DNA of 64,000 nucleotides, taken from Dicyema japonicum (taxonomy: Eukaryota; Animalia; Dicyemida). The stretch spans positions 304,193 to 368,192 of the forward strand of contig RDEW01000011.1 in the NCBI GenBank assembly GCA_011109175.1, in the 5' to 3' direction. Under the pieces are notes generated by a model. It saw nothing but the letters and a program-made list of their open reading frames with translations. It made no database searches and was not told the origin of the DNA. The translations under genes were made by a program, and so were the position numbers. This document shows, in pieces, positions 37,690 through 49,038 of this stretch (positions are counted from its first letter, which is position 1; every line of letters begins with the position of its first letter).

Positions 37690-39350
37690 CGAAGTATTTC
37701 TCCATGCTATATTAGAGGGGGTATCCATTTCAATCTCAGTGTGTCCAAAGAGCCTTCATCTCAAATCAGTGATCTTGAAAATCAAAGGACCAATGAGGCA
37801 AATATTTATAAAGCTTTCTTTATTACTATCCTTACCAGTTCAAACCAAGCATTCTCCTCAGCTGCCTTATGTGAAAGGAGTCTATCCACTGTTCCTCAGC
37901 CTTGGACATTTCCCACGTTGATAAATTATATAATAGGACTGGTTTAACAAGGCCATTGTATAGCCTTGGCCGGAATGATGTACTTGACCGTCTTCTGTCA
38001 ATCACTTTGTGCAGCAGTAGCAAGGGTTATCTTAGACCGATTTCTTCACTGTATCCAAGTTAGGACCAATCTTATTGGTCTAGAAAAGACAATAATATCA
38101 TAAAAATTATGATGAAATATTTTTTGTAGGTAGTTGTATGTATAAATAAGTTGAATAATGATGGTGAGAGGGAAGAACCTTGAAATGCTCCATTGGAAAC
38201 ATGTCTTCGATTATCTGTGTTACTTTTCACTTGGCCCCGTCTTTCGTCATGAAATTGACCACCCAAAGTCTGATATTCGGGTGAATGTCCGTGTCCAAAA
38301 TTCGTTTTGAACAATTTTTTTCTTGATATTGAGTCGAACGCTTTGCTAAAATGGACTGATACCTTTGGTACTTTGAATCTTTCGGCAGAAAATTGCTTGA
38401 AAGAGCCAAGATTAATAGCAGTAAACCGGTTGGCTCTAAAGTCGTGTCGAATTCTGATAGTGGAATAGTCTCTTGGATACGTTCAAAAATTTTTTTTCAA
38501 AAATCCTTGAGAGGGAATACAGTATGGTGATTGGTCTGTAGGGGGATGGTTTGTATATCCATATAATGAATGATTTCTTCATAATTCAAGGATGCATTTG
38601 CGTTGACTGATGTGCTGAATGTGAGAACTAATATTTACAGTGTCTGGGGACCGACGTGCTTCAGTTCTATGGTGAAGACAAAGTCTTTGGTTTTCGAGTT
38701 GCAGTCCATTGAGATAGCTCGTCAAACGTCATGTTAGGTAAACAAAATCCAATCATCTGATTTTTTGCTTTAATCCACTTCAGATAGACTTGGTGCTCCC
38801 TCTAAAAAAATTTGTGGGATACAGAGGTATAATATTTCATTAGTTCGTTAGACTTCTTGGTGCGATTCGGCAGTAGATCTCTTCGGCGAATTATTCTTGT
38901 GAGGACTTTGGATAGCTTCTCCGAGTTTCGCACCCTGTCTGATCTATTCGTTAATTTCCTTGTTGAGGATATAAATTTCCTCTTCAGATTATTACGTTCT
39001 TTGATGTTTTATTTTTGTGCCATAGTGTCTGGAAGGGGAGGAATTCTGCCTATTGGGATGAATAGTTTCCTCGCCGCAGATAACCTTGTTGAAACATTTG
39101 TCTATTAACCTATTCGAGTGAACCCGACACGCTTCAACAGAAACCTCATCTTGGCCCGATGTTCCTTCCTCGATCAGACACAAGAACTGCCAATAAAGTC
39201 ATTAATAAAATTATTCCAAAGACCAGCGGTAAAGCCAAACTAACTAATCCCGTGATCCTGACACGTCCAGTAGAGCCCTCATCCGAGCACTATAATCCAG
39301 AAGACTTTGTGTGGGAAGCTGAGGTCAAAACCAGAAATAATCTCCTGGTG
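37690..39350 (-). mobile_element. Decayed RTE-like LINE
   Basis: RLYNGLVKPVLLYNLSTW, AFQGSSLSPSLFN, YRPITIL; upstream extent uncertain. Confidence 0.75.
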
Positions 39351-39420
39351 GAATGAAAAGATGGATCCTTTTAAAATGGATCCGATGACGCCACTAGAAT
39401 CAAGTAGCCACATAGCAATA

Positions 39421-39745
39421 TTTATTTATTATTATTTATTTATTGACCCCGGATACAACGAGAAAGAAGTTAAAGTAAACAACTAATTAAGTGTATCCAG
39501 TTTCCACTTCAACTGAGTCCATCCATAATCAGCATAAATGGTAAAAGACGTCCATAGTTGCAGTTGTGGAAACCCCTCCAATGCAGTGGGGGAGAGCAAA
39601 TGATTCTTTTTCGTGCCGGCCTGGCACTGGGCGCCACCTAGACAGGTGGATCACATGACGCCACTCTAATAGGAAGAGAGAGGAGTAACAGACGATCAAA
39701 CAGAAACTTGAACCAATTAGCCACAAAGTACCACATGGCGCCACG
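39421..39745 (-). repeat. Short interspersed repeat family A, copy 3
   Basis: Collinear with 5805-6133 in the same orientation; (TTA/TTTA)n tail at 39421-39445. Confidence 0.9.
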
Positions 39746-39952
39746 CAGCTAATAAATCAATGGCACTATTTGACACCACGTGGTCAATTAATAATAGTAA
39801 AATAAATTAAGTTTGTATTAATACGATTTTAGCATAAATATAGAACTAATATTTAATTGGTTAGTGGGTAATTAACTAGTAAAACGGGCTAAAGCCAAGG
39901 AATTCTTGGTTCGGCAAACTCATTGTTTGGCCAAGTAAATCTATCACAGTAC

Positions 39953-40762
39953 TCAGTTGCTATTTTTGTTGAATGTGGGGATCATTAATTTTCTGCCATA
40001 TTTTGTGTAATCGGGAGTCGCGTTCAGAGGAAAATATCTTTTGTCCCGCTTAACTTGTAGTTTTACGTAATTTTCCATATATTCAGACGTACCTGCAAAT
40101 CTCTCGTCAGTGTACGGCACAAATAAGTCTCTTTCCGACAAATATTCTTCGTTTTGGTCCTCGTTTTGGGGACTTGCTTGATCCCTTATTTCTTTTTCTG
40201 TAAATGGTAAAATATTTAAAACGTGAAAGTTGACCGCTTGTTTCCTGATACTCGAATTTATTCAAGGGCTTCAAAATGTTGTTTCTGAATCCGCTAAATC
40301 TGTCAGTGACCCCAATGTCATCGGAAAATGTGTCCATGATTCTCTCAATGATCACTCCGTACGGTTCAAGTTTCTAATTCACAATTATTAGTCCTACTTG
40401 GGAATAGTAGCAGAGCTGGTTTTTGAACCAATCCCTGAATTGTTCGACATTAGTGACAGATTCTGAGTCGAAGGTCTCAATATTGGAACCAACGTCTCGC
40501 ATAAAGTCCGATAACTCATTTTTGAAAGATTGGATTCCTTAAAATACTATTTTATCCAAAAACCAGTTTGTGAATTCAAAATGTCGTTTATATAGTAATT
40601 CGTTCGGAATAAGTTTGATTTGCTAAGCAGGTGTCCACAAAAATCATAATTTTTGAGAACTCGAAGCATATACTCACAGTAATCTATTTCATCAGCGAAC
40701 AAGTCTGCATTCCTAGTGTTTTTGATGTAATTTAAATTTTCTTCAATTTGCTGCGTTGACAT
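39953..40762 (-). CDS. Orphan 240-aa protein, 4 exons
   Basis: Removing GT-AG introns 40538-40563 (26 nt), 40374-40397 (24 nt) and 40198-40234 (37 nt) joins the listed ORFs and an unlisted middle exon into one stop-free 723-nt CDS; no family recognised. Confidence 0.65.
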
Positions 40763-41685
40763 TTGTTGTCTTAGCGATTTGATAATTTTTAAATAATTTA
40801 ATTTAACTTTTTAGGATTATAAAGTGATAATAAAATTTATTAACAAACACAAACAGTTGACTAGCTGCTCTCAGAATTGAGCGCAGTTCCCCTGACGATT
40901 TGCTAGGAAACGCCCGCGCTCAATGAGCCAAAGGATTATAAAGTTACGATCGGAAATCTGAGTCTCACTGAATATGACAGAAAAACCAAGTTCTTGATGT
41001 CAGAAATTCTAAATAACTTAGATTCTCTCATTTAAAATTTGGCTTTAAAAAATTATTTATTTATAAGAAAATTGACGTATTTTTAGTATTTATCAATCAC
41101 AATTAAATTACAGCACTCGGGGAGAGTTCAGGAATTACTATAAGCTGAGGCATTTTCTTGGTGGTTTTGGGGTTTCTTGACTAAAAAATAAATTATCATA
41201 AATATCAAAATAATCTTTGAACGGTATCTTGGTGGTGTCCTGTAGCCACTACCAAGCAAACTATTTGATTGGTGAGGTTGGGTCTATTGATTATAAATGT
41301 ATCAGTTTTCCCGAAGTTACCAACATGAAAACCACAAAAATGAAATCAAACATACAACCACTAAATTTGAATGCCTAAATTTAAATAAAACCACAATTGG
41401 GAGCAAAAAATCTGTCGAAATGCTTCAAAAACTATATGAATAAACTATCTAGTTCCTGACTAAATGACCTCAGACCAAAATGAGAGAGGTTCTATCCGAC
41501 GCGGACAAGAATCCTGGATGGTTCTCCAGAAAAAAACATGAAATATCTCATATTTTGTGTGATTTTTGGTAAATGTACTTTAACGACTATTACGTTGGTT
41601 GCACCCAATTTGACTGATTTGTTCAATAAAGTCATTAATACATAATTTAACTGTTAAAGTTATTAAAAATATAAATTTGTTAAAA

Positions 41686-43119
41686 CTAATTTTCGAGTCC
41701 CTCAATGCTGTGATCGCAGGTGACATTGTACCAATCGTTATCGTCGTGCGTTAAAAAAGTCCGAGACCGAACGACGACTTTAAAATCTTTTTTCAAATTT
41801 CCTTTAAATTTTTTCTCGGATAAATATACGTTCGGATATACCATCTCCTCATTGAAATCAAATGTTGTTTCAAATTTATTTAAAACTCCGTCGTTCAATT
41901 TCAGAGATTCTCTCTTCTCTGTTTTATGATATTTCAAATCTCCGATGTGTTCTTTTTCGTTAAATGTGACGACCTTTCTGCGTTCTTGTGGTTCTTGATA
42001 TCTCCTATCTTTTGGTTCTACATATGCCAGATTTTTAGTGCGATAAGTTTTTTTATCTTCATATTTTTCCTGATATTCAGTTTCGTCTTTCAAAGCTCTT
42101 AGCGAATACTTTGGAATACTGATATCTCTCTGTCGTTGGTCTTTATCGACGTTGTAATTGTCCATCTCCTTTCTATTCTTTGTGGAATAGGTTGGTATAT
42201 TGTAAATATACTCTTCATCTTTAGTTTTATAGTAATCCTTTTCTTTTTCGAACGTTCTAGAATATTCTGGAATGTCGCTGTCCCTCGGCAATTCTCTAAT
42301 TTTGAATTTCATGTTGTTTTATTAGTTTCAGGATTTTTCGAAATATATCTGCTTTTCAGCAATTCATTCGATTGTCGCTCAGTTTCTTTTTGATTGGCGT
42401 CGGTATAAATATTTTTGAATTCAAGAATTCCTCTGTCCCAAACATTTGGACATTTTGCATTTGTGTTTCTTTCGGAATAAAGCTTAGGGTTCTCGTCATC
42501 AATCTTTATAATATTTTCCATCTTGCTGGTTTTTTCCTGCATATTTTGGGATATTTTTGTAGTTTATCCATGTCCGAGGTTTTCTATGGTCATCTCCTCG
42601 ATCCCATTCTGAATGCTTTGGTAGCCCTTCCTGCCGATCTTTTCCAAACTTCATATTTTTTGGATTTGTTTTATCCTCAAATCTGGAAGAAGGCTAATTT
42701 ATTGAAAAATAAGTAAATACCGGTTTTCTGTTTGAAATATTTTGTGGGGAAAATCTCTCATGAACAGGTGCACAAACTTTCATAGGAGAATACGACTTAT
42801 CTTCTGTATAGAGTTGATGATCAAATTTAAATTGCCCCTTATTCGGGATTTCACGATTATTTTGAGAAGGGGACATATTTGCTGACTTTATTAGTTTTTC
42901 GTAAATAAAATATGAGTTCTTTATAATGAAAAAGTATAATCCTTCCCCACTCGGGCATTTGTGGTTGCAGTCAAATAAGATTCCATTGGGGCGTTTCAGG
43001 AAGCCGTTTATAGTTGATAAATGCCAAACTTCACTGGTCCCGTTTTTATAATAGAGAATGATGGATTCGTGACCAAAATCCAATCTCTTAAAGTCTCTTG
43101 TTGTTTTGTACGTAGGCAT
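41686..43119 (-). CDS. IRS-type PTB adaptor (FRS2/Dok-like) with Tyr-rich charged tail
   Basis: EVWHLSTINGF..ILFDCNHKCPSGEGLYFF resembles the IRS-PTB core; 27-nt intron 42694-42720; two single-base shifts (~42506, ~42314) are needed to join the downstream ORFs; start uncertain. Confidence 0.55.
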
Positions 43120-43544
43120 ATTTGTTTTTCTGCTGACTTGTACGATTTAGCGGATATGCATAGCAACCATTAGTTTAATGATCCTTAGCGGCAATCAATA
43201 TTTAATACCGGCCACATTGCGTGTATTAAATTAGCCATCGAATAAGCAGCTAGTCATAAATAGAGGGTACATCTTTTTGAGAATCACTTTTTATTTCATG
43301 TTTGTTGGGGTAATTTATGTTTTGGTGGATGGCCAATTTCATTGTAAAAGGATAAATTGTCTTTGTCTAATCGTGTAAATTGATTCTAAACGACAGAATT
43401 ATCGTCTTACGTCAAAGTAATGGCAACAGATATCGAATAGAAAATCAAGTATAAATTGGTAAGAATTGTTAAGACTAATCGACTATACTTAAATTTTTCA
43501 ACTTGGTATATCATATTATATCAATTGGTTCTGAGTTTGGTTCC

Positions 43545-43730
43545 CCACAAGCTACTTGGTCGAAAGTTTTTCTTCCTTACCTATGTTTTTCATCTTCTCC
43601 CGTTCTTCTAGAGTGGTGTATGTGATCCACACGTCTCAGCTGACACAGAGCGGTAGGATGACGTGATAAGGATTATTTACTTTCCTTCACTCCATCGGAG
43701 GCGTTTCCAAAACTGCAGGACTGGAAGTTT
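43545..43730 (+). repeat. Diverged family A copy
   Basis: tgtgatccac..aaggattattt..cttcactcca..gtttcca-aactgca aligns with 28790-28880. Confidence 0.55.
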
Positions 43731-43739
43731 GGATGTCTG

Positions 43740-44800
43740 TCCGCGAGATGTTTCATCACTTTTGTGACATTTAGTGTATTCCTCAACGATGAGGTAGATG
43801 TCATTCTGTTACGTTTAAGTAGGATTCGATTAATTGGTTCTGCATGACTGTCTCCAAATGATGTGTGTACGTCATCAGTGGGTCGAATGTGATTCCAAAG
43901 ATGAAGGAGTTCTTCTTAACTGGGATAAGTTCTCCATTCTAAGTTAATTTAGGATCGAGCGACGTATGTTTCATGTAGGAAGAGATAACCGTAGTGTTCA
44001 ACTTTCCAGGGGATATATTCATGCGGTTCTTGAGGAATCATGGATTCATATTGTCGAGGGTCTCCCGAACCCTCCTCGTAGCCTCTTTGTTATCACGGTG
44101 TCTCGCTCTCACAGTGAGATCGCTGGTATAAGACAGAAGGATGGTGCTTTGAGAGTTAGGAGTTGGAAGGCCACTTCTGAATAATTCTTATGTATTTGAA
44201 CAAAGAGAACACCACCAATGTGTAAATATTCAGTATATGGATATTTTTTCATTTTTCGTTTCGGTTGACTTTTCATTTTCAAGTGCGGCATGTGGCTCAC
44301 AATTACATAGAATTTCATAAGTGTTTATTCCTGGTGTTTCTGTTGAATGCTACCAGGCTTCTTACATTTACTTTGTTAAGACTTGTAGCCTTCTTGGTTA
44401 TTTCGTCGTTAGACCTGAAGTCAGGTCTGTTGTTCTATCTACAGTTTTCTTTAGTCTGCTTTCTTTTCAACGAGGGCCTACGTTTCCGTGTCAAATTTAT
44501 CCGAAGCAGATTCGCTCCATAGGAATAAATCTTTCGCGGCCCCGCAAAATCACTTCATTAATAAATCTGACGGTCACGTGGATCGAGGGAAAATTCTCTA
44601 TTTGAAAAGAGTATAGGGAGTTTTCAATGAAAGATGTGTTGATTTTGGCAATAATCAATGTCGGTCCTGGATTAGATTCGATATCACTGGAAATAATCAG
44701 AAATACACGACACCATTCACGTCTCCAGGAGAAAGATACATGAGGTTTGCGGTTCTTTTTCACATCCAGTGTACAAAGCCACCAAGTCATTGGTGAGTCA
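43740..44800 (-). mobile_element. Internally deleted APE-type LINE with N-terminal 2A-like motif
   Basis: DIESNPGP at 44662-44685, then KVNVRSL (APE start) and NGELIPVKKNSFIFGITFDPLMTY (RT thumb). Confidence 0.7.
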
Positions 44801-45199
44801 CGCGACTAAATATTTATTGCTCAAATTGTTGATTTTTTGTCTTCACAATATCTTTGTAATCACATGATTTAATTTTTGATAGGTCAATCACCTAAAAATT
44901 TGATAAACAAATTTCACCCTGAAGGCGTTCGCGGCAATCACTTGTTTGAGAAAACAGTTATTTGAACAATTTAAAAAAAATACAAAAATAAATAAAATTT
45001 CATACAAAAGTAAAAAAGTTCGACTATAAAATTGATTTTTTTTCAACTCGACTGCACTTTTACGAAGAGCTCAGGCAGGCAGGAAACACTTTATTTTTAA
45101 GTAAAAAACAGTTATTATAACTAATCGTGGAGGGAGAACCGAGGAATGCTTTTCACTTCTTTTTTTCCTTTTTGTTGGGTGTATGCCCTTTATAGTCGT

Positions 45200-45305
45200 T
45201 CCAGTTCCGCAGTGAAATTTTCACTGATAACGACGTCACTCGTCAAGCCAGAGGATGGTAAATGCGTGGAATCTTCAACCGACATTTACAGAAGCGGGAA
45301 TCGAA
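45200..45305 (-). repeat. Short interspersed repeat family D, copy 3
   Basis: agttcgattccc B-box-like head on the minus strand; gtcactcgtcaagcca core. Confidence 0.6.
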
Positions 45306-45617
45306 CTAAATACTATCAGACCTCTTTCCTGGTACTCGTTATTCTGTGCTACCCGGTAATTTTTTCTCAGCCTTTAAAATTCCAAAATGTATTAAATTTT
45401 AATTGTATATATATCTTTATCTATATCGTTATCAAAGGCGGCGATACTTCTGATGAATTCTTCTAGCAAAGAAGACCTGCCCAGAAGCTTTAAACTGTTG
45501 TTGATGCAACTGGAGCAATTTGCTGGCAGAGGATTCGTGTGCGTGAACCCCTTCCTTATAAAAACATTAACAATAAGTAACTAAGCTACGTCATAGTCCA
45601 CCAGAGCTACGTTATTA

Positions 45618-45838
45618 TTTATTCATTAACAAGGCTTACAATCTTTAGTAAGCCCAACACAAACAGTAACAATTAATTAATCCAAAGAAGGAACCCAAGG
45701 AAAACGTCTGCTTGTGTCGACCAAATCCATCCTCCAATAGTCCATTACAGGCTTTCGCTTCCGAAGAGAAATAGAGAAGTAGGTCCACCCCCTCCCATTT
45801 AAATCACAAGCCGCGGAAATCACTTTATTCTTCTCCTA
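45618..45838 (-). repeat. Short interspersed repeat family C, copy 2
   Basis: 13-bp TSD agctacgttatta at 45605-45617 and 45839-45851. Confidence 0.85.
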
Positions 45839-45999
45839 AGCTACGTTATTAGCTTCGAACACTTAATCACTTGGCTAACTGGCCATAGGTTATTTTTTAA
45901 AAATGCTTAGAAATCCAAAAATGTAGGTTTTTTTTAAAATATTATATTGTTTCTTGTGCCCGAATTTTAGTTACTAATGACTTGTGTTTTTTTCAAGAG

Positions 46000-46820
46000 A
46001 TTTACAAAATAAAAAATCTTCTTGCAGTGTAGAATCAAACAAATAACGAACAAAAACAAATATTGATAATCCTTCAACATCATTCGTCAAACTGAATATA
46101 AAAATAATCAAATTTTTTAAGCGGGAAAATAATTGATTTCAAATGTTATTGGAAAGATCATCAATGCGTCGTTTTACAGTGCTGTTAGAAAACTGAATCG
46201 AATTAATTTTTTAGAACTATCATCCCCATATACGCAAGATAAATTTTTTGAGATTTGGTTTTATTAAAGATTCCGCTATAGTGTGAGCTTCTCCATTTTT
46301 TGCAATAAAGTAACTTATCTAGGATAAATTAAAAATTATAATCAACTTCATAGGAAGCTTCAGTGACTTTTAAATTTTCATCTTTTGTGAAGTTTTTCAT
46401 CGAATATTTCGATTTACTAAAAGCAGCAAACATTTTTTCAAAAAAAGATGTATCTTTGTTTTTCAATTCTTTGTGCTAAACAACGAGATGTCGATGGAGC
46501 TTAGATGGCACTAATGACTCTTTTGACATAATTTTGTGGCACATCATAAACTCTGCTCTCCTCGAATCGTCCTCAAACTGGCAAAATCCATAAGGATATT
46601 CTTATACTTTCAATTCTACAAGTGTAATAAAAATGTTATAAACTTTAATAGCCATACTATCAACCAACAAAAAAATAACACGCGAAATTCAAGTAAGCGT
46701 GGAGTATTATAACAAAATATTTAATTTAAATTAATTTTTTAAATATCATAATTTTTTGAGGCACCCAGATCCAAAATGAAGCACCCTAGGGTGCCTCCAG
46801 GCACACTTTGGGAACCACTG
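46000..46820 (-). mobile_element. hAT Buster/Charlie-type transposon 5' portion
   Basis: Terminus cagtggttcccaaagtg; ESLVPSKLHRHL, KVTEASYEV, IAKNGEAHTIAESLIKP, SNSTVKRRIDDLS. Confidence 0.85.
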
Positions 46821-47159
46821 CATTAGTATATGACTAAATAGCTTTGTAGCAGACAAATAAGATCTGTTGCCTAAATTTTTTAAAATGAAACTTTTTTTTA
46901 TTAAAAATATAAATACCACTCATTTCCTCTGAATAAGAGGCCAAAATTTATTCCCCTAAACTTCTATAACTATCACAGAGGATCTAGGTTAATTTTTGTA
47001 AGGTAAGTTTGACGTAAATTCAAAAATGGTTTAGATTTTGACATTTCAAAGTAAAAGTCAAGCTTTAGGTCAGAAATTTGACCTTTGAAAATTAACCTGC
47101 CGATTAATAGCTGAGTTATATATATCCAAAACATTTTCCGTGTTTAAAATGAATATTAT

Positions 47160-47870
47160 TATTATTTAACCCAAGAACACCAATAGTTAATTTAATTGTA
47201 TTAAACTTATTAGGTGATGTTTAAAATGAATCTATTATTATTTAAGCCAAAGAAACACCGTCTTAACCAATAACTAATATTCAGGTGATCCCGGCATCTC
47301 TCAATAATCGGGCCATTTTTTCTCGATGCTCCGACCGTGATCCCACGCATTTTCTATACGGACGGGGGTCCTTTTCCTTTCCTCTTCTAAAATTGCCTCC
47401 AGTTGCCTCTATGATAGACTCGAGTGCTCTGGGGGCAATTTCTTTATCTGTATATTTTTCCAGTAATTTTTTTTGCTCTTTACTGGATCTCTTGAATTTT
47501 GTTAGGTTCGTTGCCGACAAATTAGATCCCCATGCAGCACATGCATAGCCTATTGTTGGCTCGACATACTGCTTGTAGAGGGTCCCGATACCTGGCGGAT
47601 AAATTCCTCCATAGTTCCAAAGGATGGCCTTTACAAAATTGATCTTCTTTGCACAGGTTGATATGATAGATTCCACATGAGCTGAGAAGCAGAGGAAAGT
47701 GTCAAAAGTTACTCCCAGTATCTTCTGCGATTTCTTTTGTGGTATAGGTACTCCATTTAACTTGACATCAATTGTTTGCGTTCCCACCTTTCTATTCTTA
47801 GTAAATAGAGTGACTGCTGACTTTTCGGAACATGCATTTAATCGATTTTCGCACAACCATCCATTATTAT
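47160..47870 (-). mobile_element. L2/CR1-like LINE (family B) RT C-terminus and 3' tail
   Basis: LNGVPIPQKKSQKILGVTFDTFLCFSAHV, TLYKQYVEPTIGYACAAWG, ..LLRDAGIT*; tail aactattggtgttcttgggttaaataataat. Confidence 0.85.
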
Positions 47871-48920
47871 TATTATTATAAGCACTTATCGCTATGCCAT
47901 AGGACTTGACAAAGCATATGCAAACACGAGTTAGCAAATCACTGGTTAGTTTCATCCACTTCCTCCTATTCAAAGCCGCAGCGCGCAACCAGTCAAGATC
48001 CTCTCCACTTGCAAGATGCCGTCCCATTACTTTGAGGTCCTCGTCGAGAACGACTGCCATGGTCGTCCTTGGGCGACCACGGAAACGGGGGGCCTCCAAC
48101 ATGAAGAAATCCTCCATGGCTACGTTCGCGGGGCATCTAAATCCAGTCGCAGAATATGGCCGAAAAGCCTCCATCGTGTATCCAGAATCTCATTAGAAAT
48201 TTCTGAGGTCTTCGTCCTCTTATAGAAGATTAGATGACATCCTCGTATCACTTCTTTCGAACATCATATGCCGTAGTTGGTCTCTATGAAACGCATTAAG
48301 CCTCTTCAGTTCATTTCTTGAGCAGGCCCAGGTACCAGCGTTATATAGTAGTATGGGTTTCACTAGCGAGTTGTATAATCGAGTTTTTGTTATAATGTCA
48401 AGGCCCTTTTTGTGTGAAGCCAGTGTTCTTTAATCTGGAGAGGGCAGTTTGTGCTAGGGTTTTCCTTCTCGTAATTTCTTCATGGTCTCCTAGGAGGGAG
48501 CCAAGCTTTTTGCATTTGCGCCAGTACTCCTCCGTCCTTGTTTCTTCCCTCTTGAGTTCAGTTACGTCAGTCTTGTCCGGATTTACTGTTAGGAACCATT
48601 CGGCTAGTCTTCCAGACACTTCTTCCATCAAGCGGGTGAGCGGTATTTTGTCATTTGAAGTAAAGTCTACGTCGTCAGCATACGCAATAATGTTTGTCTT
48701 TTCACCCATTATCGGTTTTGACTCCCGTAAAGCAGCTTCAAGGTATATGACAAAAAGTATAGGTGATAATGGGTCTCCCTGTGGAGTGCCAACAGTCGTC
48801 TCAAATCGGCGAGACAAGGCTCCCCCGACTCTTACAGTGAGCCAAGTATCAGCTAGGAGGGTGGTGGCCATTCTGACAGTAGAAGCGTCTAGGAAACTTT
48901 CCAAAAAAACCATCTATGTT
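47871..48920 (-). mobile_element. RTE-like LINE 3' kilobase inserted into the family B LINE
   Basis: PQGDPLSP, YADD, RLYNSLVKPILLYNAGTW, RGRPRTT; (AAT)n tail at 47868-47880. Confidence 0.9.
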
Positions 48921-49038
48921 ATAAAAACAAACAAAGCCAAAATAATAAAATAATATTTTCAAAAATTTATTAATAAATTGATAATCAAAAACAAATTAAA
49001 AATAATTAAATACAAATTTAAACCAATTACTTCATAGG

